Shown: positions 8,594 to 18,616 of the stretch, piece after piece
Position numbering within the stretch: the first letter of the stretch is position 1
Layout: the number at the start of each line of letters is the position of its first letter
Assembly: GCA_045803545.1 (NCBI GenBank)
Contig: JBJMOW010000005.1
Span: 1,312,001-1,376,000, forward strand
DNA: 64,000 bases
Origin: Gemmatimonadaceae bacterium
GTDB lineage: Bacteria > Gemmatimonadota > Gemmatimonadetes > Gemmatimonadales > Gemmatimonadaceae
Reading direction: 5' to 3'
Notes under the pieces: generated by a model
What the model saw: the letters and a program-made list of their open reading frames with translations, nothing else
Told to the model about the DNA's origin: nothing
The model's database searches: none
Translations under genes and position numbers: made by a program

Positions 8594-11191
8594 ATGCTCA
8601 TTACCACTCCCGCGTTCGCAATCATCGGCCTCGCCCTGAATCTTCAGACGGCAGTTGCCCAAAACAGTCAGGCTTCCCGCAATGACAGCGGTCAACCGAG
8701 ACCGTCGGTGGTAGCGGCGCCGACAGATACGAGCGCGACCGCGGTGCGTGCGGACGGCTCGATCAACATCGACGGCAAGGACGATGATGCGGCGTGGCGT
8801 AGTGCGCCGCCGATCACGCAGTTTCAGGAATGGCGTCCGAACGAAGGCAAGGCGGCGCGATTCAAGACCGAAGCGAAGATCGTTTACGACGCGGCGAACC
8901 TCTACGTTTTCGTGCGGGCATTCGACCCCCACCCAGATAGTATCAAGAAGATCCTCGAGCGTCGTGACACTTTCACCTCGTCCGACATGATTTGGATCTT
9001 CGTTGATTCCTATCATGACAAGCGCACGGGATACGAGTTCGGCGTCAACGCCGCCGGCGTGAAGATGGATCAGGCCGTCTACGACGACGGCAACGAGGAC
9101 GGAGCATGGGACGCGGTGTGGGACGTCGCCACCCGCATCGACTCACTGGGGTGGACGGCAGAGTTCAAGATCCCCTTATCACAGATGCGCTACAGTCGCG
9201 ACCGCGAGCACACCTTCGGCATCATGGTCGACCGCGATGTCTATCGATACAACGAGCGTTATATCTGGCCGCTACTGCGCCAGTCGAAGCCGGGCTTCGT
9301 ATCGCAGTTCGGCTCCCTGCATGGAATGGACGATCTGGAGAATCCGCGCCGGCTGGAAGCGATGCCGTACGTCGTGACCAAGAACGCGTCCACGATCAGG
9401 AATAACGCGTTCACACAAAAGTCGAATCTGGATGTTGGTGGAGACTTCAAATACCGCATCGCACCCAATGTCACACTCGACGCGACCATCAATCCTGATT
9501 TCGGTCAGGTCGAATCGGATCCGTCGGTGCTTAATCTTTCAGCGTACGAGAGCTTCTTCGACGAGCGGCGTCCGTTCTTCGTCGCCGGTCGCGGACTGTT
9601 CCGCGCCGACGTCAACTGCAGCGCCGTCAACTGCTGGGGGGAGTCTCTATACTATAGTAGACGCATCGGTCGCACCCCCGAGCTCGCCGGCACTTACGGT
9701 GACACCGTTCCGCAGCAGCCGGTAACCATCCTCGGCGCCGGCAAGCTGCTGGCGAGATTCCCCAAGGGAACGACGGTCGGATTGCTGGAGGCTGCAACGC
9801 AGCGCGAGACCAATCCGGGCGACACCACTTACTCGCCTTCGACCAACTACGCGGTGCTACGCGCAACGCAGGACTTCCGCGGCGGTAGCAGCGGAATCGG
9901 TACGATGATCACCGCAGTGAATCGTCGGATGGATGAGTGGTCTTCGCCATATCTCGCAACGAGCGCCTATGTCGGCTCGCTCGATTTCCGTCACCGCTTC
10001 TTCAAGAACACGTACGAGATCACCGGCAACCTCGACAGGAGCGTGGTGCGGGGCTCGACTGGCGTTATCGCGTCGTTGCAGAACAATGGGGTGCACCAGT
10101 ATCAGCGGCCCGATGCAAATCTTCCGCTCGACAGCACGCGCAACTCGCTCGGCGGAGACGCCGAAGAATTCGCGGTCGGCAAGATTGGTGGGCAGCACAT
10201 GATGTTCAATTCGGCTTACTCGCGCCGCTCGCCCGGCTTCGACGTCAACGACCTCGGCTACCTGCGTCGCGCGGACCAGGTGTCATGGAGTACCTGGGCC
10301 GGCTTCTTCGATCGTCGGGATCGCTTGTTCTATCACCGCTTCCAGTTGAACAACAACTGGTGGCAGTGGTGGACCGCTGAAGGCCTGCCGCTCGAGCGTG
10401 CTTACAACTACAACACCCACATTACGCTCAAGAACTATTGGGGCCTCCACCAGGGTGGAACGATCGGTCAGCTCGGTAAGACCTACGATGATCGTCAGCT
10501 ACGTGGTGGTCCGGCGGTGCGCCAGGACAGGTACATCGCGCCGTGGCTTTCGATCAACGGCGACGATCGCAAAGCAATCGTGCCGTACTTCAACGGCAGC
10601 TACTTCGAGAGCTCGAACAGGAGAAACTGGTCGGTGAACGCTGGCCCCGAAGTCGATTTCAAGGTGCTGGGCCGGTTTAGCTCAGCGATCTCGGCGAACT
10701 GGAGCCACAACGTCCAGGACAACCAGTTTTACGGGAATTTCACCGACGCTGCCAATTCTCCTCACTACACTATCGCGCACCTCGATCAGACCACGACGTC
10801 GGTGACGGCGAGGCTTAACTACACGTTCACGCCGAACCTGTCGCTGCAAACCTACGCATCGCCGTTCGTGTCGAAGGGAACGTACAGCAACGTCCGCCAG
10901 GTCTCGGCGACGCCGCGCGCTGACAACTACGACGATCGCTACACCGCCTACAATGATCCCTCGGTCACGAGCGATCCGGGCGGCTTCAACTTCAAGGCGC
11001 TGCAGTCGAATGTCGTTCTGCGCTGGGAATACAATCCAGGCTCAACACTGTTCGTGGTCTGGAACCAGGGTCGCCAGGGATTCAACGGCATTGAGGGCGA
11101 CCGAGCGTTCAGCGGCGACATGCGCGACCTCTTCAAGCTGCATCCGGCAAACACGTTCCTGATCAAGGCGAGCTATTGGCTCAATAGATAA
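8594..11191 (+). CDS. CBM9-like plus DUF5916 outer-membrane protein
   Basis: Signal peptide; 'IDGKDDDAAW', 'WTAEFKIP', 'TINPDFGQVE.D', 'YYSRRIG'; C-terminal 'K.SYW'. Confidence 0.85.
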   Translation: MLITTPAFAIIGLALNLQTAVAQNSQASRNDSGQPRPSVVAAPTDTSATAVRADGSINIDGKDDDAAWRSAPPITQFQEWRPNEGKAARFKTEAKIVYDAANLYVFVRAFDPHPDSIKKILERRDTFTSSDMIWIFVDSYHDKRTGYEFGVNAAGVKMDQAVYDDGNEDGAWDAVWDVATRIDSLGWTAEFKIPLSQMRYSRDREHTFGIMVDRDVYRYNERYIWPLLRQSKPGFVSQFGSLHGMDDLENPRRLEAMPYVVTKNASTIRNNAFTQKSNLDVGGDFKYRIAPNVTLDATINPDFGQVESDPSVLNLSAYESFFDERRPFFVAGRGLFRADVNCSAVNCWGESLYYSRRIGRTPELAGTYGDTVPQQPVTILGAGKLLARFPKGTTVGLLEAATQRETNPGDTTYSPSTNYAVLRATQDFRGGSSGIGTMITAVNRRMDEWSSPYLATSAYVGSLDFRHRFFKNTYEITGNLDRSVVRGSTGVIASLQNNGVHQYQRPDANLPLDSTRNSLGGDAEEFAVGKIGGQHMMFNSAYSRRSPGFDVNDLGYLRRADQVSWSTWAGFFDRRDRLFYHRFQLNNNWWQWWTAEGLPLERAYNYNTHITLKNYWGLHQGGTIGQLGKTYDDRQLRGGPAVRQDRYIAPWLSINGDDRKAIVPYFNGSYFESSNRRNWSVNAGPEVDFKVLGRFSSAISANWSHNVQDNQFYGNFTDAANSPHYTIAHLDQTTTSVTARLNYTFTPNLSLQTYASPFVSKGTYSNVRQVSATPRADNYDDRYTAYNDPSVTSDPGGFNFKALQSNVVLRWEYNPGSTLFVVWNQGRQGFNGIEGDRAFSGDMRDLFKLHPANTFLIKASYWLNR

Positions 11192-11206
11192 CGGACGTGT
11201 AGCCAC

Positions 11207-11247
11207 CAATCGCGGCGATGGAGATCCCATCGCCGCGATTGTGTTTT
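11207..11247 (+). terminator. Rho-independent terminator
   Basis: 15-bp stem CAATCGCGGCGATGG/CCATCGCCGCGATTG followed by TGTTTT, just after the DUF5916 stop. Confidence 0.8.
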
Positions 11248-11318
11248 CATGGACTCGGCGCGCCAAAATGCCACCCGGCGGACTGTGAAAGGGCCGCGCC
11301 GAGAATCGTCTTATAGAT

Positions 11319-14108
11319 GTGCCTGCATTCAGTTTGAATCCGTCGCGTCAGGGTATAACCTCAGCGACCCTGCGCCGCATCCTTTTAGTCGTTGCGCTCT
11401 TCGCGTCGAGTGTGGCGACCGCGCAGGTGCAAAGGCCGCGCGGCTATCCCGGCAAACCGCCGTGGGCTGATACGGCGAGCGAGTCGAACATCTATCCGGT
11501 CGGCGACGCGATCGGAGTGTACACGGCGGTACTCGATCTCTACTTCAGCGAAGGCTCTGATCGTCCGAGCGTCATCGTGATGCACGACACCGCCGAAGGT
11601 CGGAGCGGCGGGCCATGCCCAATGCAGTGCCCGGAAGCCTGGCTGCACAAATCGAGAATCAAGGAGAGCACGATGCTTTCCTTCGCGAAGCTCAGTCCGA
11701 AGCGACCAAGGATCGTTCCGTTCGGATATCGCATCCCGATCACGTTCATCTCCTACGAGCAATACAATCAGCTGAGAGAGGCAGGGCGAGCACGCCCGCA
11801 AATCCATCAGGGCGGCAACGTCGAAGGTCAGGAGTGGGAGGTCGAATTCGCGAACAGATACCCGGGCGCATGGGGCTTCATCTACTTGTCGAAAGTTGGA
11901 TTCGACGATGCGCACACCGAGGCGCTCATTTCGGTCCACTTCTATTGCGGCCTCGCCTGCGATGCTGACGAAAACATTTTCCTGAAAAAGGTCGAGCAAC
12001 GATGGGTGGTGGTGGAACGCATCCCGAATTCGAGCCAGGGGCTCCAACCGTTCTCCAGTATGCGATATCGCGGGCCCTCGGGCAGCAGCCCGAGTGAATC
12101 GGAAGTTTTGTATCCGCCCGCGTCTGAGCGGCCCGAGGGAGAAGACGTCGCGGAAGTTTATAACACGGTGCTCGACAGCCTTTACAGCTTTCACGGCGAA
12201 TTTCCGCGCCGGATCGTAATCACTGATTGGTTTGCAGTGGACGGCGGGACCTATGACTCGGTTCCTCACAAGCGTCCGATTCAGGTTTCGACACTGGCGC
12301 GGTACAAATTCTTCCGAGGCGTGCGCGCGCCGCTCTACACAAGTCTCAAACTGCGCGCGCCGGTATCGGTGCTGCCCCGGGACTCGATGCCGGGAATAGA
12401 ACTTCGTGGCAAACCACTGGAGAAAATCGCGCTCGACAATATGGTGATGACCGAGAATTCACCTTTCTGGCTCGGGTTTCGAATGCAGTACCCCGGCGCG
12501 TGGGGCACTGTTGGATTCACGCGTGCTGCCTTCAACGACAGTCGAACCGAGGCGCTTGTCTTCACCAGCCACGCGTGCGGCCAGAGTTGCCGCAACGACG
12601 ACAACTGGCTCCTCGAGCGCGACGGTACGAAATGGCGGATCGCCGAGCGCATTCCGCGGCTGGCGGACAAGGATTGGGAGCTTGACTCGTTGCGCTATCT
12701 GGGCGCCGATGCTGATCCGCGAGCATACAGGAACCGGCGCGTTCGTGGAATATTTGTCAACCAGTCGACCGGAGCTCCACTTCCCGGACTCCGTTTCACC
12801 ACGAGCATCGATCGCGACTCGTCACTGAGGAAAGCGGACAACGAGGGTGGTTTCGAGCTTAGGAGTTTACCCCTGATGGGCGGCATCTGGCTCGGCGTTC
12901 CGTGTCAGCGGCAGCCGATGCTACCTGATGCTCCACGGAAATACAGTTCGCGACCGCTGCGTGTTGCCGAATTCACCACCCACCCCGGGCTCGATTCGAG
13001 TGTGAGGGTGCCGGTCGATTTCAGGCGGTGTCTGCTCGGTCGTCGCGCTAAGGCGCTGGCGGGCGGTAAACCGGGACCACAGGCGCTTGCCTCGGGTTAT
13101 CCGGACGCGACTGACGCCGCAGTTTATAGAGGAGTCTTCGAGGCGCTTTATCCAGCCTCTCGAGGCCCGGTGCTTCTTGTACCATATGTGCACCGAATTT
13201 GGCCGTACGTGTTTGAGTCCGAACTTGTTCGTCTGCAAAAACAGGGAATCGTCGATTCAACCGTAGCGAGTCGACTGGCCGCACTCCCCAAAGATTCAGT
13301 TTGGATACGGCCTGGCGTGTCGTTCGGACGGAAGGTTGTGATTCTCGGTTCCGCGGAGCGGGCCTTCCTCGAGGAGCAAGCCGCCGAAATAAGCTACGCA
13401 GGAGAACAGCGGGATTTTTCGTTGCTGGGAATGGCAAAAGAAGCATATCCGGGCGCAGACAAAATCCGCGCTCTAAGCCGAATTGTCTACAACCGGGCAA
13501 TGAACCAGGCATTGGTGCAAGTCACCGAGACCGATCAACCGTACGATTTCGGTGAGACCATGATTCTCCACAAGGAACGCGGTGCCTGGCGGGTCGTCCA
13601 GCGACACGTAGAAGACGAGGCAACGTCCGGCGAAATGATCGCTGGTCGTTGTGAGCCGGTTGATGCCGTTCCGACCACACTGCGTCTCGACCAGCTCGAG
13701 CGCTTTGTTGGTGATGCAGACATAACCGTGATTCCGACGTCATCGGGCCTGCGACAGTATGGCGGAACGACGCGCTATCGATTCACCCCGAACGACACGC
13801 TTCACCGATATTATTGGCTGCCCAGCTTCAAAGGCGACAAGAGGCCGGCAAAACGCCTTCAGGGAGAACAAAAGCTCGCGACGGTTCAGGAATTTGATAG
13901 CGTCGGCAATGCGTCGAAGTATCTCGGGGAGCTCACATTCAGGCCAGCTGGATCGACCATCGCGTTCTTCCAGCCGAACACCCTTGACGGTTGGTTCGAA
14001 CAATTAACCATCCTGCGCGTCAATGGTCGCCAGTTCTTCGGCAAGTGGGAGAGTGGAAGTGGCCCGACCTACCCCTTCAAGGGATATTTCTGTGGGCGGC
14101 TCCGGTAG
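11319..14108 (+). CDS. Exported hypothetical protein with three internal repeat domains
   Basis: 929-aa ORF with signal peptide; three 'VY..V...LY...YPGA...ALV/I...W.V..R' modules. Confidence 0.75.
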   Translation: MPAFSLNPSRQGITSATLRRILLVVALFASSVATAQVQRPRGYPGKPPWADTASESNIYPVGDAIGVYTAVLDLYFSEGSDRPSVIVMHDTAEGRSGGPCPMQCPEAWLHKSRIKESTMLSFAKLSPKRPRIVPFGYRIPITFISYEQYNQLREAGRARPQIHQGGNVEGQEWEVEFANRYPGAWGFIYLSKVGFDDAHTEALISVHFYCGLACDADENIFLKKVEQRWVVVERIPNSSQGLQPFSSMRYRGPSGSSPSESEVLYPPASERPEGEDVAEVYNTVLDSLYSFHGEFPRRIVITDWFAVDGGTYDSVPHKRPIQVSTLARYKFFRGVRAPLYTSLKLRAPVSVLPRDSMPGIELRGKPLEKIALDNMVMTENSPFWLGFRMQYPGAWGTVGFTRAAFNDSRTEALVFTSHACGQSCRNDDNWLLERDGTKWRIAERIPRLADKDWELDSLRYLGADADPRAYRNRRVRGIFVNQSTGAPLPGLRFTTSIDRDSSLRKADNEGGFELRSLPLMGGIWLGVPCQRQPMLPDAPRKYSSRPLRVAEFTTHPGLDSSVRVPVDFRRCLLGRRAKALAGGKPGPQALASGYPDATDAAVYRGVFEALYPASRGPVLLVPYVHRIWPYVFESELVRLQKQGIVDSTVASRLAALPKDSVWIRPGVSFGRKVVILGSAERAFLEEQAAEISYAGEQRDFSLLGMAKEAYPGADKIRALSRIVYNRAMNQALVQVTETDQPYDFGETMILHKERGAWRVVQRHVEDEATSGEMIAGRCEPVDAVPTTLRLDQLERFVGDADITVIPTSSGLRQYGGTTRYRFTPNDTLHRYYWLPSFKGDKRPAKRLQGEQKLATVQEFDSVGNASKYLGELTFRPAGSTIAFFQPNTLDGWFEQLTILRVNGRQFFGKWESGSGPTYPFKGYFCGRLR

Positions 14109-14246
14109 GGCACGACTCGCGAAACTCGGTTGGCACCTACATCGTTCGTATCGTGTAAAACAGTCTGCGGACTAGTGTAAACTGAGTCCGCGCGTAATGG
14201 TGATGCTCCCCGTCGCACACCGCTCCGTCCGCTCTCTCACCCACTA

Positions 14247-16307
14247 ATGCGAAACACCGTCAATCGAAGCGGCCTCCTCGCTGTCCTCGCCTTCGCTGCG
14301 GCGTGCAGCACTCCAGCCGTCACCAACAACAACGCGCCCGCCCCCGCGTCCGGCGACTTTCTCGCCGCTAACCTCGACACAACCGTTAGCCCTGCAGTCG
14401 ACTTCTTTCAATACGCGAACGGCGGCTGGCTGAAGCGGCATCCCATTCCGGCGTCCGAAGCGACGTGGGGAATTGGCAACGAAGTGCGCGAGCAGCTCTA
14501 CGTGAACCTGCGCAAGATCAACGAGGAGTCGGCCGCAGCCACGGCTGCCCCGGGAAGCGAAGCGCAGAAGATCGGTGATTTCTGGGCGACGGCGATGGAT
14601 ACCGCGAAGATCGAGCAGCAAGGCATTCACCCGCTTGACGCCGAGCTCGCGCGGATCGGTGCGATCAAAACGCCGAGCGACGTAATGGACGTCACCTTCG
14701 CGGAGGGTCCGCTGCAAGTCGGGCCGTTCTTCGGGTTCTACGTCTACCAGGATGAGCGGCGCAGCGACGTGCAGGCGGCGCATCTATCTCAGGGTGGCCT
14801 GGGAATGCCGGAGCGCGATTTCTATTTCAATCCGGATACCGGCGTCGCACGCATTCGCGGCGAGTACGTGAAGCACATCGCGCGCACGTTGCAGTTGTTG
14901 GGACGCGATCCGACGTCGGCGAGTAAATCGGCGCAGGACATCATGACCTTCGAGACTGCGCTCGCGAAGGCATCGCGAAAGCTCGAGGACCTGCGTGATC
15001 CGGTCGCGAACTACAACAAAATGACGCCGGCACAGCTGACGTCGAAGTACACCCCGAACATCGATTGGGCCACCAGACTCAGTTCGTGGGGCCTGCGTCC
15101 CGATTCAGTCATCGTAGGCCAGCCCGAGTTCTTCACCGCGCTTCAGGGGCTGGTCAACTCAACGCCGATTCCGGTGCTGCAGGATTATCTGCGTTATCAA
15201 CTGGTCACCACGTACTCGCCCTATCTGAGCAATCAGTTCTACAACGAGTACTTCGATTTCTACGGCCGGACGCTCAACGGTCAGCGTGAGCCACGCGCAC
15301 GCTGGAAGCGCGTGCTCGACATTCAGGGCAACGCCATGGGGATGGTGCTCGGCAAACTTTTCGTGAACGAGTATTTCTCGCCCAAAGCGAAGCAGCGCTA
15401 CACCGACATGGTGGAGGCGATTCGTACCGCGTATCGCGAGCGCATCAATCGTCTCACCTGGATGAGCGATTCGACCAAACAGCGGGCGCTGCAGAAACTG
15501 GCGACGGTGTATCCGAAGGTCGGATACCCGAACAAGTGGAAGGATTATTCGGCGCTGGTTGTCGGTCGCAGTTCGTACGCCGAGAACATGATGAACGCAA
15601 ATCGCTGGGCGTTCAACGATAATATCTCGAAGTTCGGCAAGCCGGTGGATCGTACCGAATGGGGCATGACGCCGCAGACGTACAACGCGTACTACAATCC
15701 ATCGAACAACGAAATCGTTTTGCCGGCGGCAATCTTCACCGTTCCCGGAGTTCCGGACTCGGCGGTCGATGATGCAGTGGCCTACGGTTACGTAGCCGCA
15801 GGTACAATCGGCCACGAGATCACCCACGGGTTCGACGACGAAGGCCGCCAGTTCGACGCCAAGGGTAATCTCACCGACTGGTGGACTGCTACCGACGCCG
15901 CAAACTTCCAAAAACGCGCGGACGTGATGGCGAAGCAGTTCGACGCTTATGAGCCGCTACCGGGCCTCCATATCAACGGCAAGGCTGGACTAGGCGAGAA
16001 CATCGCCGACTACGGCGGAATGCTGTTGGGCCTCGATGCATTCCGTAAGACGAAACAGTACCAGGAAGGGAAGAAAATCGGCGGACTCACTCCGCTGCAA
16101 CGCTACTTCCTCGGCTACGCCATCGGCTGGATGTCACAGCAGCGCGACGAATCGCTGCGAAGTCAGCTGCTGAGTGATGTGCACTCGCCCGCGAAGTGGC
16201 GCGTGCTCGGCCCGGTTTCGAACGTGCCCGAGTTTTATCAGGCGTTTGGGGTGAAGCCAGGACAGCCGATGTACCGGCCGGATTCCGTGCGGGTGCAGAT
16301 CTGGTAA
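14247..16307 (+). CDS. M13 family (neprilysin/PepO-like) metalloendopeptidase, lipoprotein
   Basis: Lipobox AAAC; 'DFFQYANGGW', 'NAYY', 'HEITHGFD', 'GENIAD', 'HSP' motifs. Confidence 0.95.
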   Translation: MRNTVNRSGLLAVLAFAAACSTPAVTNNNAPAPASGDFLAANLDTTVSPAVDFFQYANGGWLKRHPIPASEATWGIGNEVREQLYVNLRKINEESAAATAAPGSEAQKIGDFWATAMDTAKIEQQGIHPLDAELARIGAIKTPSDVMDVTFAEGPLQVGPFFGFYVYQDERRSDVQAAHLSQGGLGMPERDFYFNPDTGVARIRGEYVKHIARTLQLLGRDPTSASKSAQDIMTFETALAKASRKLEDLRDPVANYNKMTPAQLTSKYTPNIDWATRLSSWGLRPDSVIVGQPEFFTALQGLVNSTPIPVLQDYLRYQLVTTYSPYLSNQFYNEYFDFYGRTLNGQREPRARWKRVLDIQGNAMGMVLGKLFVNEYFSPKAKQRYTDMVEAIRTAYRERINRLTWMSDSTKQRALQKLATVYPKVGYPNKWKDYSALVVGRSSYAENMMNANRWAFNDNISKFGKPVDRTEWGMTPQTYNAYYNPSNNEIVLPAAIFTVPGVPDSAVDDAVAYGYVAAGTIGHEITHGFDDEGRQFDAKGNLTDWWTATDAANFQKRADVMAKQFDAYEPLPGLHINGKAGLGENIADYGGMLLGLDAFRKTKQYQEGKKIGGLTPLQRYFLGYAIGWMSQQRDESLRSQLLSDVHSPAKWRVLGPVSNVPEFYQAFGVKPGQPMYRPDSVRVQIW

Positions 16308-16312
16308 GACTC

Positions 16313-16546
16313 CGGACCGAGGACTTTAGAAGCGAACTACCTCGCTGAGCGCTGACCGCTACACGCTGTTAGCTGGCCGCGGCCTGCAACGGGACAGGTC
16401 CCATTGCATAGAGCCAAAGAGAACGCGCTTCCCAGACTTCAACGCAATTTGTCCCGTCGCCTGCAGCGAACAGCGGTCAGCGTGTAGCGGTCAGCGCTCA
16501 GCGAGGTAGTTCGCGGTTAAGGTCCGCGGTTAAGGTCCTGAGTCCG
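16313..16546. repeat. Long palindromic element with 37-bp perfect inverted repeats
   Basis: 16332-16368 is the exact reverse complement of 16478-16514; imperfect outer IR 16313-16328/16531-16546; inner ACGGGACA/TGTCCCGT. Confidence 0.9.
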
Positions 16547-17675
16547 CAGCCCGACGAAGGTACGTGAACACGTTGCCCGCCAGCCGCTTCGACGCCCGGT
16601 TCGCCTCGAAAAGGTGCCCGCGCAAGCTGTGGACGAAGCCGATGAAGTAAAGTCCGGGACGCGACGTTGGCTCGCCCGACGCCGCGATCGGCTCGGCGAC
16701 GTCGTCGAGCACGCCGTTGCCGTCGATCAGACGAGCAAGACCCGTCTCGAATCCGATCGCGGCAACGATTGAGTCGAACGACTCCTCGACGCCGTCCGCG
16801 TAGACTGCGCCGGCCGGCGTCAGGCGCTCGACTCCCGGCCGGATGTGGAGCAATCCGCGCTTGACCGCGCTCACGAATCCGACGTCGATCAATGGAATCC
16901 GCTTCGCCGAATATGGACCCCAGGCCGGCTGAGGAATTTTGTATTTCGTCAGATCGCCCAGCGTGATCCGCGCGGTGAGGCGGCCCAGGCGATCGGCGAC
17001 CGCCGGCGGCAGAAGACTCAGGATGATTCCGGTGCGCTGAACGGGCATTCCGAACGGATCACGCGGCACGATCATCGGTGGCGTGCGGATACTCAACGCT
17101 ACGAATTTGCCGCCGTTCTCGGCGATGTCGGCGGCGATCTCAGCGCCGCTGTTTCCGGAGCCGACCACCAGGACGCGTTTGCCGACGAACGACTTCGCGT
17201 TCGAGTATCCCACCGAATGTGAAAGCTGTCCGCGAAAATCCAGCGTGCGCGGCCAGTGCGGATCGATCGGCCGCCGGTATTGACCGGTGGCGATGACGAC
17301 GGCGCGAGAGCTCCACGTTTGGCCGTTGGAGGTTGTCGCCTTCCAGCGCGACTTCTGCGGATCCGACGAGATGGCAGTCACCGTCGCGCCGTTGACAACC
17401 TTGAGCCCGAAGTGATCAACGTACTCGCGGAGATACTCCACGAATTGATCGCGCGAGAGGTACTTTGGATAACGGCGCGGAATCCCGAAGTGCGCGAGCC
17501 CGGAGAATCCGCGCACTGTGTGCAGGTGCAATCGATCGTAGCGTCGGGCCCAGGTACCGCCGACTTGCGCATCCTGCTCGAGCACAACGGAGTCGATTCC
17601 CTGCTGCTTGAGCGCGCCGGCCGCCGAGAGCCCCGACGCGCCACCGCCAACAATCACAACTGACGCTTCCGCCAT
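16530..17675 (-). CDS. Flavin-containing monooxygenase (FMO/YUCCA-like NAD(P)/FAD oxidoreductase)
   Basis: GGGASG FAD motif, 'GGTW..RYD', 'ATG', 'HS..Y', GSGNSG NADPH motif. Confidence 0.9.
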   Translation of the reverse strand: MAEASVVIVGGGASGLSAAGALKQQGIDSVVLEQDAQVGGTWARRYDRLHLHTVRGFSGLAHFGIPRRYPKYLSRDQFVEYLREYVDHFGLKVVNGATVTAISSDPQKSRWKATTSNGQTWSSRAVVIATGQYRRPIDPHWPRTLDFRGQLSHSVGYSNAKSFVGKRVLVVGSGNSGAEIAADIAENGGKFVALSIRTPPMIVPRDPFGMPVQRTGIILSLLPPAVADRLGRLTARITLGDLTKYKIPQPAWGPYSAKRIPLIDVGFVSAVKRGLLHIRPGVERLTPAGAVYADGVEESFDSIVAAIGFETGLARLIDGNGVLDDVAEPIAASGEPTSRPGLYFIGFVHSLRGHLFEANRASKRLAGNVFTYLRRAADSGP

Positions 17676-17750
17676 CCGCCAATCTTGACGCGGCGGATGG
17701 CGCGGTGCAATCTCGCCGTGGCATGTCCTCAACCGCATCCCGGAGGCAGG

Positions 17751-18605
17751 ATGAAACGTATGCTCGCACTGCTGGCGCTCGGAGCGATCTCACAGATCGC
17801 CTCGGCCCAGAGTAAGGATGAACGCGCGATCCGCGCCCAGGATGAAGCATGGCAGAATGCGATCAACGCGCGGGATCTCGACAAGATTCTCGCGGTTCAC
17901 AGACCCGACGCGATCTACATGATGTCGCACCAGCCGCTGATCAAGGGCGCCGTAGCGATCCGCAGCGGATGGTCGGAAGCAATCAAACTTCCGAACTACA
18001 ACGTTCACTGGACGCCGACCAGGATCGACGTAGCCAGTCCGCGCGTCGCCACTGAGTACGGTACCTACACTGAGTCATACACGGGACCGGATGGGAAACT
18101 CGTCAATGATGGCGGCAACTATGTCACCATCTGGCACAAGGTGAACGGCAAGTGGCTGGTCGCACTCGATGCACCGAACACGACGGCGCCGCTGCCGGCA
18201 GCGCCGGAAATGGCGGCGACGATGGCGGACGTGCAGATGACGTCCAACGCCGCCGTGACATGGACGCCACTCAACGTTCCAGGCTTCGATCCCGGAACTC
18301 AGCTCGCTGTGATCAACGGTGATCCGACAAAAGCCGGTGAGTACACGCTGCGCCTGAAATTCCCGGCCGGCTATCGTTTCCCGGTGCACTGGCATCCGGG
18401 CGCCGAGAATCTAACGGTGCTTTCTGGTGCGTTCCTGTTCGCACCGGGCAATACTGCGGATTGGAGCCAGGTGAAAACCTATGGTCCGGGCGACTATATC
18501 TTCGCGCCGGCGCGCCATGCGCACTTTGGTGGAGCGCAGACCGAGACCGTCATCGAGCTGCATGGCAACGGTCCGTTCGCCATCAATCTCGGAGCACCCA
18601 AGTAA
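17751..18605 (+). CDS. Exported DUF4440 (NTF2) plus cupin (DUF4437-like) fusion, copy 1
   Basis: GGAGG RBS; signal peptide; 'GNYVTIWHKVNGKW'; cupin motifs 'PVHWHP..E...VLSG' and 'PARHAH'. Confidence 0.85.
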   Translation: MKRMLALLALGAISQIASAQSKDERAIRAQDEAWQNAINARDLDKILAVHRPDAIYMMSHQPLIKGAVAIRSGWSEAIKLPNYNVHWTPTRIDVASPRVATEYGTYTESYTGPDGKLVNDGGNYVTIWHKVNGKWLVALDAPNTTAPLPAAPEMAATMADVQMTSNAAVTWTPLNVPGFDPGTQLAVINGDPTKAGEYTLRLKFPAGYRFPVHWHPGAENLTVLSGAFLFAPGNTADWSQVKTYGPGDYIFAPARHAHFGGAQTETVIELHGNGPFAINLGAPK

Positions 18606-18616
18606 CGGAGACGCGA

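Noticed and set aside
16332..16514. Possible CRISPR array or tRNA
   Set aside because: Repeats are inverted with no spacers, there are no cas genes, and no cloverleaf or T-loop motif.
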